This document shows positions 8,819 to 17,927 of a stretch of 64,000 bases of DNA, in pieces. The position numbers were made by a program, and so were the translations under genes. This stretch comes from an uncultured Actinomycetes bacterium. Lineage in GTDB: Bacteria; Actinomycetota; Geothermincolia; Fen-727; JACVIW01. Position 1 is the stretch's first letter. The number at the start of each line of letters is the position of its first letter. Location of the stretch: assembly GCA_937127245.1 (NCBI GenBank), contig CAKZLU010000041.1:9824-73823 (forward strand). Reading direction: 5' to 3'. The notes under the pieces are model-generated. The model was given only the letters and a program-made list of their open reading frames with translations, ran no database searches and was not told the DNA's origin.

Positions 8819-10705
8819 ATGGTCAGGTCCGTTTTGAGCAAGGTAAATTCTCCCGCTGATCTAAAAGATCTTTCCCGTGAGGAGCTCAATTGTCTCGCTT
8901 CCGAGATAAGAGAACTCATCGTTGAGACAACCAGCGCCAACGGAGGCCATCTTGCCTCAAGCCTCGGGGCTGTTGAGGTTGCCATCGCGGTTCACAGAGC
9001 ATTTAACGCCCCACTGGATAAGATCATATGGGATGTGGGGCATCAAGCGTATGCTCACAAGATAATTACAGGAAGGCGACAGTCCTTCAGAACATTGAGG
9101 CAAAAGGGAGGCGTCAGCGGATTCCCGCGCAGGTCGGAAAGCCCTTATGACCTCACCGACAGCGGTCACTCAGGTGGTTCTATAAGCTATGGCGTGGGAC
9201 TTGCGCTTTCGCGTGAACTAACAGGTGATGATTATGGAGTAGTTGTTATCGTCGGGGATGGCTCAATGACCTCCGGTGTCGCCTATGAGGCAATGAATCA
9301 GGCTGGTCACCATTTAAGTTCGAATTTTGTGATAATCCTTAACGACAACGAAATGTCGATTTCCAAGAATGTTGGGGGGTTTGCTTCATACCTGTCAAGA
9401 ATAAGAATCAAGCCTACCTATACCCATGTGAAAAAAGAGATCGAGTCTATCCTCGGGTCCTTTCCGGGTTGGGGAGAAGCCATTTATCGTGTCATAACCA
9501 ATGTCAAGGCATCTATAAGCCATGCTCTTCTTCCGGGTCTTCTTTTCGAGGCAATAGGACTCAAGTATGTGGGACCGATCGACGGTCATAACATAAAGGA
9601 ACTTGAACAGACGCTTCTTGAGGCGAGGAAAGTTGATGGTCCCGTTTTAATTCACGCCATAACCAGAAAAGGCTTTGGCTATCCTCCGGCGGCAGAGAAG
9701 CCGGATGAGTTCCACGGTGTCGGTCCATTCGATAAGAACACCGGCTCTTTTAAAAGGAAAGAGGGAAATAAGACCTATACGGAGTTATTCTCGGAAGCGA
9801 TTGTGAGAATCGGCGCTGAGCGCAAAAAGCTTGTGGCAATAACCGCGGCCATGAAGCTCGGAACGGGACTCGATAAGTTCAGCAAACGATTCCCGGAGAG
9901 ATTTTTCGACGTCGGCATCGCTGAGCAGTTCGCGGTAAACCTTGCGGCGGGCTTCGCGATAGGAGGTCTCCAGCCCATCGTTGCAATATATTCAACTTTT
10001 CTTCAGCGCGCTTTCGATCAGATATCACAGGAAGTCTGCCTCCAGAATCTCCCTGTTGTTTTTGCTGTTGACCGCGCAGGGCTGGTGGGGGAGGATGGAA
10101 GCACTCACCACGGCTATTTTGACATCTCATACTTGAGAGTCCTTCCAAACATGACAGTAATGGCTCCCGGGGACGGCAGGGAACTCGAACTGATGTTGAA
10201 TTACGCTCTCCAACTCGGCTTTCCTGCTGCAGTGAGGTTTCCGAGGACATCCGCGGATTTCATTGAAGGTTACGAGCCTCCGGCGATAGTTTCAGGAACG
10301 GGTGTGAGATTAAAAGATGGATCTGACGTGGTCCTAGTGGCTATTGGGGATATGACTGCGCGGGCGCTTGAGGCCTCGGAGATGCTCGAGAAAGAGGGAG
10401 TATCCGCGGGCGTGGTGAATGCCCGGTTCGCAAAACCGCTTGACCCTGATTTCTTCACGGAAGTCTGTCGAGGCAAAAGATTAGTGCTCACGCTTGAGAA
10501 TAACAGCCTCGCCGGCGGATTTGGTAGCGCTTTAGTTGAGCTGTTATGCGATTGCAAGTGTGAGGCTCGTGTCGTGCGCAAGGGTATCCCCGACCGCTAT
10601 ATCGAGCACGGTTCTGTTGATCAGTTGATAGACGAGATAGGTCTATCCCCTGAAAAGATTTGCAAGGACGTAATCCGCGCGCTTCATTTTGAGCATGATG
10701 ATTAA
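8819..10705 (+). CDS. dxs: 1-deoxy-D-xylulose-5-phosphate synthase
   Basis: GGHLASSLG, WDVGHQAYAHK, GDGSMT..NDN ThDP motif, DVGIAEQ, DRAGLVGEDG. Confidence 0.97.
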   Translation: MVRSVLSKVNSPADLKDLSREELNCLASEIRELIVETTSANGGHLASSLGAVEVAIAVHRAFNAPLDKIIWDVGHQAYAHKIITGRRQSFRTLRQKGGVSGFPRRSESPYDLTDSGHSGGSISYGVGLALSRELTGDDYGVVVIVGDGSMTSGVAYEAMNQAGHHLSSNFVIILNDNEMSISKNVGGFASYLSRIRIKPTYTHVKKEIESILGSFPGWGEAIYRVITNVKASISHALLPGLLFEAIGLKYVGPIDGHNIKELEQTLLEARKVDGPVLIHAITRKGFGYPPAAEKPDEFHGVGPFDKNTGSFKRKEGNKTYTELFSEAIVRIGAERKKLVAITAAMKLGTGLDKFSKRFPERFFDVGIAEQFAVNLAAGFAIGGLQPIVAIYSTFLQRAFDQISQEVCLQNLPVVFAVDRAGLVGEDGSTHHGYFDISYLRVLPNMTVMAPGDGRELELMLNYALQLGFPAAVRFPRTSADFIEGYEPPAIVSGTGVRLKDGSDVVLVAIGDMTARALEASEMLEKEGVSAGVVNARFAKPLDPDFFTEVCRGKRLVLTLENNSLAGGFGSALVELLCDCKCEARVVRKGIPDRYIEHGSVDQLIDEIGLSPEKICKDVIRALHFEHDD

Positions 10706-11516
10706 AAGAAGGCTTGATGCCTACCTCCACGAATCTGGTTTCTTTCCGAGTCGCGAGAAGGCCAAATCCGCGATAATGGCTGGCGCTGTCCTTGTTGACG
10801 GAAGAATAATAACAAAGCCTGGTACGCAGGTAACTCAAGACCAGAGAATAGAGGTCCAGACTAAAGGGGAAGAATACGTTTCTCGCGGTGGTTTCAAACT
10901 TGAGCACGCATTAAAATCTTTTGGTGCTGAAGTGGCGGGAAGAAATGTGCTCGATGTCGGTTCTTCAACGGGTGGATTTACAGACTGCCTTTTAAGAATG
11001 GGGGCTCGAGGCGTCATCGCTGTTGATGTGGGTAAAGGACTTCTCCACTGGAAACTGAGGAATGATCCGAGAGTCTTTGTGCTTGAGGGGAAGAACGCGA
11101 GATACTTGAAAAGAGCTGACCTCCCTTTCAAGCCGGATATGGCGGTCATTGACGTTTCCTTTATCTCGCTAAGGAAGGTTCTACCCGCCGTGCTCGATGT
11201 TCTTGAGGACCCGAAAGAGATCGTAGCGCTCGTTAAGCCCCAGTTTGAGGCGGGCAGAAGAGATGTGGGTAAGGGTGGAGTCATCAGGGACCCTGCCGTT
11301 CATGCGCGCGTGCTTGAATCGCTTTGGCAATGGTTGCTCGAAGAGGGGCTATCACTTAAGGCAGTGACGTTCTCCCCGATAAGAGGTCCCGGTGGGAATG
11401 TGGAGTTCTTCGTGCATCTTAAGGGATTCGGCTCATGTTTGGTATCAAGAATCGAGATTCAAAAGGCAGTGGCTGAAGCCCAAAAAAAATTTGCCACGCG
11501 TGGTCATTTGGTTTGA
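10689..11516 (+). CDS. tlyA: TlyA family rRNA 2'-O-methyltransferase
   Basis: S4 domain, YVSRGGFKL, LDVGSSTGGFTD, DVSFISL, KPQFE; true start probably ATG 10695/10698. Confidence 0.95.
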   Translation: MSMMIKRRLDAYLHESGFFPSREKAKSAIMAGAVLVDGRIITKPGTQVTQDQRIEVQTKGEEYVSRGGFKLEHALKSFGAEVAGRNVLDVGSSTGGFTDCLLRMGARGVIAVDVGKGLLHWKLRNDPRVFVLEGKNARYLKRADLPFKPDMAVIDVSFISLRKVLPAVLDVLEDPKEIVALVKPQFEAGRRDVGKGGVIRDPAVHARVLESLWQWLLEEGLSLKAVTFSPIRGPGGNVEFFVHLKGFGSCLVSRIEIQKAVAEAQKKFATRGHLV

Positions 11517-11598
11517 CCCAAAGAGGATTTTCAATACTACTGGACGAAGGTGGTTGTGATTAAGCCGTCCGTTCACGCGGGCTGGCTCCGGGCTTATC

Positions 11599-12504
11599 TT
11601 GGAGAGCGAAATGGCGAATATGTATGGTTACGGCGAATGCAAAAGGGTGCTCATCGTTCCCAACGTCAGCAAGCAAGGGATAGGGGAGTTTGCTAAGAAA
11701 GTCTTGTCTAAGTTTGCGAGCCTCGGGGTCAAATGTTATTTCCTCGAGGAAGATGCCCGCGCTCTCAGCATGGAGGACGCATTTCGCTTTCAGGACAAGC
11801 AGGAACAACCAATAGACTGCGTTGTGGTCCTGGGCGGTGATGGAACTGTTCTACACGCTGTCTCTGTAATGGAAAAAATTGACCTTGACGTTCCCGTGAT
11901 GGGCATAAATATAGGGAAGATCGGTTTTCTGACCTCTGCTGAGATGCATGATGCTGACACCGCTTGCGAGATGCTGTACAGGGAAGAGTTTCGCTTAAGC
12001 GAGAGATCTATGTTGGGCTGCAGGCTAAACTCTAATAACCCGACCGTTGAGCATAAGGCTTTAAACGAAGTTGTTATAGGCAAAATACAAAGGGAAAGGC
12101 TCATTCACTTAAACACGTATATCAATGGAGAGTTCTTTATGAGATATTCGGGCGATGGGCTCATATTCGCAACGTCAACAGGCTCAACCGCATACTCCCT
12201 TTCATCGGGGGGGCCAATAGTAACGCCCGGGATAAAATGTGTGTTGATGACGCCTATCTGTGCTCACATGCTGTTTTCAAGACCAATGGTTCTGAACTGG
12301 TCAGACGTGGTGACCGTCCGGCTGGAGGGAGAAAAGGAGAGACTTGCAGTCAGTGTTGACGGGCATACAGAGGAGGAGATATCGCCTGATTCCAGCGTGG
12401 AGATTTACGGCTCTGAAAGGGTCGTTCATCTTGTAGAACTTGAGGGTTCCACTTTTTATCGGACATTGAGGGAGAAGTTTCTCACCTATCCCGGTGCGAG
12501 ATAA
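11599..12504 (+). CDS. nadK: NAD kinase
   Basis: LGGDGT, GKIGFL, LNE, GDGLIFATSTGSTAYSLSSGGP; start uncertain. Confidence 0.95.
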   Translation: MESEMANMYGYGECKRVLIVPNVSKQGIGEFAKKVLSKFASLGVKCYFLEEDARALSMEDAFRFQDKQEQPIDCVVVLGGDGTVLHAVSVMEKIDLDVPVMGINIGKIGFLTSAEMHDADTACEMLYREEFRLSERSMLGCRLNSNNPTVEHKALNEVVIGKIQRERLIHLNTYINGEFFMRYSGDGLIFATSTGSTAYSLSSGGPIVTPGIKCVLMTPICAHMLFSRPMVLNWSDVVTVRLEGEKERLAVSVDGHTEEEISPDSSVEIYGSERVVHLVELEGSTFYRTLREKFLTYPGAR

Positions 12505-12516
12505 CAGGGTATTTCA

Positions 12517-14268
12517 ATGCTCACCTATCTGGAAATAGAAGATTTTGCTTTGATAAAAAGCATAAAGATTGAATTTAAGCCCGGATTCAACGCTCTTACC
12601 GGTGAAACGGGGGCGGGAAAAACCGTGCTCATTGGAGCCATTGGTTTGCTGCTTGGCGATCGCGCCGATTCCGTGCAGATCAGAAAGGGGGCAGGTGAGG
12701 CGAACCTCAGCTGCCAGTTTGACTTGAGGATGTTTCCGGAGACACTCGGCAGGCTAATTGAATCCGGTTTTGTCAGTGAGGGTGAAACCGAAATCACGCT
12801 TTGGAGAACAATCTCGAAGCAAGGCAAGGGAAGAAGTGCGCTTAACGGCAGGATTTGCTCAATAGGAACGCTTGCTGAGTTAGGTGAGATGCTCGTTGAT
12901 ATACATGGTCAGAGCGCTCACCAGTCGCTGCTTAAAAGCAACGTGCACATAGAATACCTGGACAGATTCGCCGGTCCCGAACACCTGAAGCTTCTTGGCG
13001 AGTACTCAAGGGAGTATTCACGTCTTAAGGCTTTGGAGCGTGAACTGAGAAACATAACGTATGACCCTGAGCGTGTGGAAAGGGAGAGGGAATTTCTCGG
13101 GCATGCGGTCAGCGAGATAGATAATGCCGCACCCAAGCCCGGGGAGCTTGATGAGCTTGAACAAAGGGCGGGCGTTTTGCGGAACGCCAGAGAGCTTATC
13201 AAGAGCGCGAAAGCGATTCAACAATTAATGGTGGCAGAGGACCCCGGCTACCCGTCTATAAGGGATTTACTTCTCCGGGTTTTTGAGGAAACCAAAAGAG
13301 CCTCCGAGAAAGATAAGTGGTTCGATGGGATATCTGAGAAATTTTCGGAAATCCTTTTCGAGTTTGAGGAAATTTCCCAGGACCTCGAGCGGTACGTTCT
13401 CGATAAGGAGATGGATCCTGGCCAGCTCGAACAACTGGAGCACAGGATAACGTTGCTCCGGGAGCTCATAAGGAAATACGGAACCTACGGCACCTCCCTG
13501 GATGAAGTTATCTCTTACAGAGATGAAGCCGCAAAGAGGCTTGAGAGAATTGATAGCGAGTGTTCAAGGGTTGAGGGTATAACCGCCGAAATCAACTCTC
13601 GAGCACACACTGTCCTCAGCCTGGCTCAAAGGCTTTCCGAAAACCGGAAAAAAGCCGCGGTCTCGCTTTCGAAAGCCGCGTTAAGGGAATTGAATGACCT
13701 TGAGCTCGGAAGCGCCAGGTTCGAAGTTTCAATAAAGAGAAAAGACGGAATGGCGAAAAGCGATTCCTTGTGCATAGAATCCTGCGGTCCCTACGGGTTT
13801 GACTCGGTTGAATTTTTGTTTTCGTCTGAAGCCGATGGCGAACTTGGACCGCTGCGCAAAATCGCTTCGGGCGGCGAGATGTCAAGAGTGATGTTAGCGT
13901 TGAAGATAGTCCTGGCGGACTCAGACCGCATACCTGTTTTGATCTTTGATGAGGTTGATACGGGGATAGGGGGTGAAACGGCCGGTAAAGTGGGGGAGAA
14001 GATTCGTGCTCTGAGTTCCTATCACCAGATATTTTGCGTAACACACATGCCGCAGATATCGGCTTATGCTGAGCATCAGTACAGCGTGCGCAAAACAAGA
14101 GCGAAAGGAGAAACAAACACTCAGATTCTTCCTCTCGATGGCGAAGGCAGAATTCTTGAGATATGCCGGATGCTGGGCGATTCCACGGGAAGAGACGCAA
14201 CCGTGAAGCATGCACGCGATCTGTTGAAAAGGTCGCAGGTAAGAAAACAGTCTGAGGATGTGAGATAA
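12517..14268 (+). CDS. recN: DNA repair protein RecN
   Basis: TGETGAGKT, DIHGQ, coiled coil, ASGGEMSR, FDEVDTGIGG, THMPQ. Confidence 0.97.
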   Translation: MLTYLEIEDFALIKSIKIEFKPGFNALTGETGAGKTVLIGAIGLLLGDRADSVQIRKGAGEANLSCQFDLRMFPETLGRLIESGFVSEGETEITLWRTISKQGKGRSALNGRICSIGTLAELGEMLVDIHGQSAHQSLLKSNVHIEYLDRFAGPEHLKLLGEYSREYSRLKALERELRNITYDPERVEREREFLGHAVSEIDNAAPKPGELDELEQRAGVLRNARELIKSAKAIQQLMVAEDPGYPSIRDLLLRVFEETKRASEKDKWFDGISEKFSEILFEFEEISQDLERYVLDKEMDPGQLEQLEHRITLLRELIRKYGTYGTSLDEVISYRDEAAKRLERIDSECSRVEGITAEINSRAHTVLSLAQRLSENRKKAAVSLSKAALRELNDLELGSARFEVSIKRKDGMAKSDSLCIESCGPYGFDSVEFLFSSEADGELGPLRKIASGGEMSRVMLALKIVLADSDRIPVLIFDEVDTGIGGETAGKVGEKIRALSSYHQIFCVTHMPQISAYAEHQYSVRKTRAKGETNTQILPLDGEGRILEICRMLGDSTGRDATVKHARDLLKRSQVRKQSEDVR

Positions 14269-14299
14269 TCCGTATCAGTAATATCTGTTAATTGATCGG

Positions 14300-15466
14300 T
14301 TGGTGGAATTCTATTCAAAAGCCATGGTCAACATAATTGAAGGTAACGCAAGGCTCGACCGGAGAACAAAGAATCTCGTAAAGAGATTGCGCCCTGGGGA
14401 AATTGCCATTATTGATCATGAAGATTTGGACAGGGTTTCAGCCGAATCTCTGGTTGAAGCAAGACCCACTTGCGTTGTCAATGCCTCAAAATCCATAAGC
14501 GGACGCTATCCGAACGCTGGTCCGTACATACTTCTCTTATCGGAAATCCACCTTGTTGACGGTGTGGGACCGGGTATATTCGAGGCTGTTCGCGAGGGAG
14601 ACAGGTTACAGATAGAGGACGGCAAAATCTATCTGAGCGGAGAGGTCGTTGCTCAAGGGAAAGCGCTTACGATCGCGCAGGTTCAAACGCTTATGGAGGA
14701 GAGCAAGGAGAATCTCTCTTTTCACCTCGAGGAATTCGCGTCTAACACGCTTGAGTTGATAAAAATGGAGAAAGGGATTCTTTTCGATTCAGTAATCCTC
14801 CCGGAGATTAAGACAAAAATTAAAGGGAAACATGTTCTTGTTGTAGTGAGGGGATATGAGTTCAAAAAAGACCTTGCCGCCCTTAAGCCTTACATAAGGG
14901 AGTTCAAGCCCGTACTGCTCGCGGTTGACGGTGGAGCCGATGCTTTGCTGGAAATGGGCTACAGACCACAAATGATTGTTGGCGACATGGACAGCGTAAG
15001 CGATAGGGCGCTTCTTTCGGGGGCAGAGCTCGTTGTTCATGGCTACCCCGACGGAAGGGTTCCTGGAATGAAAAGACTTAAGGAGTTGGGAGTCAGCGGT
15101 TCGGTTTTCAGCTATCCCGGGACCAGCGAGGACGTTGCCATGCTGCTCGCTTACGAACTCGGGGCGGACCTTATAGTACTCGTTGGCGGGCATTCAAACC
15201 TCATTGAGTATCTTGATAAAGACAGGAAAGGCATGTCGAGCACTTTTCTTGTCAGGCTGCGCGTTGGTTCACGGCTCGTTGACGCCAAGGGGTTGAGCAA
15301 GATATATCAGCAGCGGGTAAGAAGCTGGCACCTAATCATAATGGTCCTCGCTGCGTTGATAACGATTTCGATAGTCATTGCTTTTTCCGAGCCTGTGCGC
15401 CAGTTCCTCACAATTCTCGCGATGAGATTTCAAGTATGGATACTGAAACTGCAAAGCCTTATTTAA
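14300..15466 (+). CDS. steA: SteA-like septation protein (thiamine-pyrophosphokinase-like domain plus C-terminal TM)
   Basis: DRRTKNLVKRL.PGEIAIIDH.DLDRV.AE, SISGRYPN.GP, VDGGADAL, GDMDSV, GMSSTFL.RL.VG..LVDAKG; position after recN; start probably ATG 14324. Confidence 0.85.
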   Translation: MVEFYSKAMVNIIEGNARLDRRTKNLVKRLRPGEIAIIDHEDLDRVSAESLVEARPTCVVNASKSISGRYPNAGPYILLLSEIHLVDGVGPGIFEAVREGDRLQIEDGKIYLSGEVVAQGKALTIAQVQTLMEESKENLSFHLEEFASNTLELIKMEKGILFDSVILPEIKTKIKGKHVLVVVRGYEFKKDLAALKPYIREFKPVLLAVDGGADALLEMGYRPQMIVGDMDSVSDRALLSGAELVVHGYPDGRVPGMKRLKELGVSGSVFSYPGTSEDVAMLLAYELGADLIVLVGGHSNLIEYLDKDRKGMSSTFLVRLRVGSRLVDAKGLSKIYQQRVRSWHLIIMVLAALITISIVIAFSEPVRQFLTILAMRFQVWILKLQSLI

Positions 15467-15482
15467 TTTCGGGGGGTTTAAT

Positions 15483-16337
15483 TTGATTGACATACGCTAT
15501 CACGTGATCTCCCTGGTTGCCGTTCTTCTCGCCCTGGGTATAGGGATACTTCTCGGGACAACTCTGGTTGAAAGAGGTCTTATAGCGGAGCAAAAGGCAG
15601 AGATCGATTCGCTCAAGAAGACTTTCGGCGAGATTAGGGAGAGCAACAAAGAACTGAACAGCGAGCTAAAAGTGTATATGGAGTTCGCAAGCCAGGCGAA
15701 AGAATATCTTATTTCGGGAAGGCTTTCGGCCAGGTCTTTTACGCTAATCTTCATCGACGGCGTTGGAGACGCAACCCTCGCCTCAGTGAGGGACTCGATT
15801 GCCTCAGCGGGCGGAACGGTCGTATTTAATATTAAACTTGCGGGCGATGATGTCTTTGAAAACGCAGACGTGAGAAGAAATCTTGTCCAGTTTTTCGGCA
15901 TATCCGATGATGCGACTGTTTTAAAAAAGAAAGCACTTGAGGAGATCGTCAATCAGGTGGTCACGCTTGTAAACCCGAACATGCTTAAGGAGCTCGAAAG
16001 AATAGGAGTCCTCGAAATTTCAGGTGAGTTTCAAGCTCTACCATCCGGATGCGTATTTATTTCCGAGAGGGAAAAAATCGCGAAAGAGAGAATTGATGCA
16101 TTTGAGGGCGAGCTCGTCAGGCAATTCGTTGCACGGGGATTCGCGGTGCTCGGCGCTAGCGGCGAGAAAACAAGCGAAGATGTATTGTCCGTGCTAAGGG
16201 AGTCGGGAGCTTCAACAGTGGAGCGCGTGGATACGGTCCCCGGTCAGGTAGCCATGGTAATAGCTTTGGAGGGGAGAGGCGGAAACTACGGGAGGACCCG
16301 AAGCGCTGATAGACTGATTCCGGAGCCTGTTCAATGA
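15483..16337 (+). CDS. steB: SteB/MctB ('copper transporter', DUF3186) family protein
   Basis: MIDIRYHVISLVAVLLALGIGILLG N-terminus, coiled coil, STVERVD..PGQV..V.AL....G.YG; follows steA. Confidence 0.85.
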   Translation: MIDIRYHVISLVAVLLALGIGILLGTTLVERGLIAEQKAEIDSLKKTFGEIRESNKELNSELKVYMEFASQAKEYLISGRLSARSFTLIFIDGVGDATLASVRDSIASAGGTVVFNIKLAGDDVFENADVRRNLVQFFGISDDATVLKKKALEEIVNQVVTLVNPNMLKELERIGVLEISGEFQALPSGCVFISEREKIAKERIDAFEGELVRQFVARGFAVLGASGEKTSEDVLSVLRESGASTVERVDTVPGQVAMVIALEGRGGNYGRTRSADRLIPEPVQ

Positions 16338-17020
16338 ATAATGGGACGGTTAAGACGTTATGTCTGGTTCCTGCGTTCAACGAGGAAGGTATTATAGCCT
16401 CCACGATCGCCGCGCTTCTTGAAATAGAAGCGATTGATTCGGTGGTGGTATTGGACGACCACTCTTCGGATCGTACGTCTCTCGAGGCCGCCCGGATGGG
16501 CGTCAGGGTTATTCGCAACGGAGAGAATCTCGGAAAAGGCAGTTCGATAAACCGCGTGTTACCCCACTTTGATTTCGGTTACCTCCTGTTGATAGACGGT
16601 GACCTCGGAGCTCACGCAGCTCGTGCACGCGTTCTACTGGAGGCGACCCTTAATGATGAAACAGATCTCGCGGTGGCTTCTTTCCCCCCGCCTACGAGAA
16701 AAGGGGGGTTTGGTTTCGTAAAGGGTCTTGCCAGATTCGGTATCAAAAGGCTTACCGGCAGGGAGTTTACCTCGCCTATATCTGGGCAGAGGGCAATGAA
16801 CAGGAAAGCTTTCAGCGCGACTTTTCCGTTCGACCCGGGTTTTGGGATTGAGGTTGGCATGACAGTTGATGCCTTGAGGTCGGGCTTGAGGGTGAGCGAA
16901 ATACCCACCGATATGTCCCATCGCGAGACGGGAAGGGACATAGCAGGGTTTGTCCATAGAGGAAAGCAATTTATAGACATATTTTTTGCTTTATCAAGGC
17001 GATTGTTTGGTGGTAAATGA
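16334..17020 (+). CDS. Glycosyltransferase family 2
   Basis: PAFNEE, DDHSSD, NLGKG, IDGDL, SGQRA, FGIEVGMTVD. Confidence 0.9.
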   Translation: MNNGTVKTLCLVPAFNEEGIIASTIAALLEIEAIDSVVVLDDHSSDRTSLEAARMGVRVIRNGENLGKGSSINRVLPHFDFGYLLLIDGDLGAHAARARVLLEATLNDETDLAVASFPPPTRKGGFGFVKGLARFGIKRLTGREFTSPISGQRAMNRKAFSATFPFDPGFGIEVGMTVDALRSGLRVSEIPTDMSHRETGRDIAGFVHRGKQFIDIFFALSRRLFGGK

Positions 17021-17865
17021 TTGCGATTAAAGCAACAGCATGTTTCTTTGGCGCTTTTGCGCTAGCAGTTGGTTTTCTTTTCCTATTGAAGGATTTGATG
17101 GGCACCCGACCCTTCCTGAAGCCCAATTACGCGGGAAGGGAAATTCCCGGATACGCTGGCATAGTCTTTTTTCCATGTATGGTCCTGATGTTTCTTGCAA
17201 GCGCTCTCATACCCTTTATAAGAGATAAGTCAGATGGCTGGATAAGGGTTTATGCCCTTCTTTCCGGTATGTGCATGCTGGGTCTTACGGATGATGTTTT
17301 CGGTACTTCCCATCAAAAGGGTTTTGGCGGACATATTGGTTCGCTTGCGCGCGGGAGAATTACAACGGGGGCGCTGAAGGCAATGGGCGGATTTGCTCTC
17401 TCGATCGCTGTATTACTCCCTTATAGCGTTCCGCGCTGGGAAGTTCTGGTCAATGCCTCAATTACTGCACTGAGCGCAAACCTTTTCAACCTATTGGACA
17501 TGAGACCAGGACGAGCCCTGAAAGCGTTCTTCCCGCTGTTCGGTCTTGTGGTTTTTCTTCTCAAGGATAGCGGCGCTGGGGTATTATGTCCCGTTTGCGC
17601 GTCCGCCGGTATCGCTCTGGCGCTTTTCCCCGGAGACCTGCGGGAAATTCATATGATGGGAGATGCTGGGTCCAACGTAATAGGTGCTACAATAGGTTTT
17701 GGTATCTGTGCGGGTTTGATTGAGTCTTTACCATGGAGGATCGTTGCTTTAATCATTGTGGCTTTTCTGAACCTTCTTTCAGAGTGGTATTCGTTCACAA
17801 AGATCATAGAGTCGAGCAAGATTCTATCTTGGATTGATAATGCTGGTAGAAAGAGCTGGGAGTAG
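17017..17865 (+). CDS. MraY/WecA-like polyprenyl-phosphate sugar-phosphotransferase (Glycos_transf_4-like)
   Basis: Polytopic membrane protein with GLTDD, NLFNLLDMRPGRA and MGDAGSN motifs. Confidence 0.8.
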   Translation: MIAIKATACFFGAFALAVGFLFLLKDLMGTRPFLKPNYAGREIPGYAGIVFFPCMVLMFLASALIPFIRDKSDGWIRVYALLSGMCMLGLTDDVFGTSHQKGFGGHIGSLARGRITTGALKAMGGFALSIAVLLPYSVPRWEVLVNASITALSANLFNLLDMRPGRALKAFFPLFGLVVFLLKDSGAGVLCPVCASAGIALALFPGDLREIHMMGDAGSNVIGATIGFGICAGLIESLPWRIVALIIVAFLNLLSEWYSFTKIIESSKILSWIDNAGRKSWE

Positions 17866-17927
17866 AGGAGTCAGAAGTAATTCGACGAAAGACACTGTAT
17901 CAGGTCTCGTGTTAGATAACGGGAGGT

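Noticed and set aside
11541-11572. GGACG/CGTCC stem upstream of nadK as a possible riboswitch
   Set aside because: Short stem only; no recognisable aptamer or expression platform
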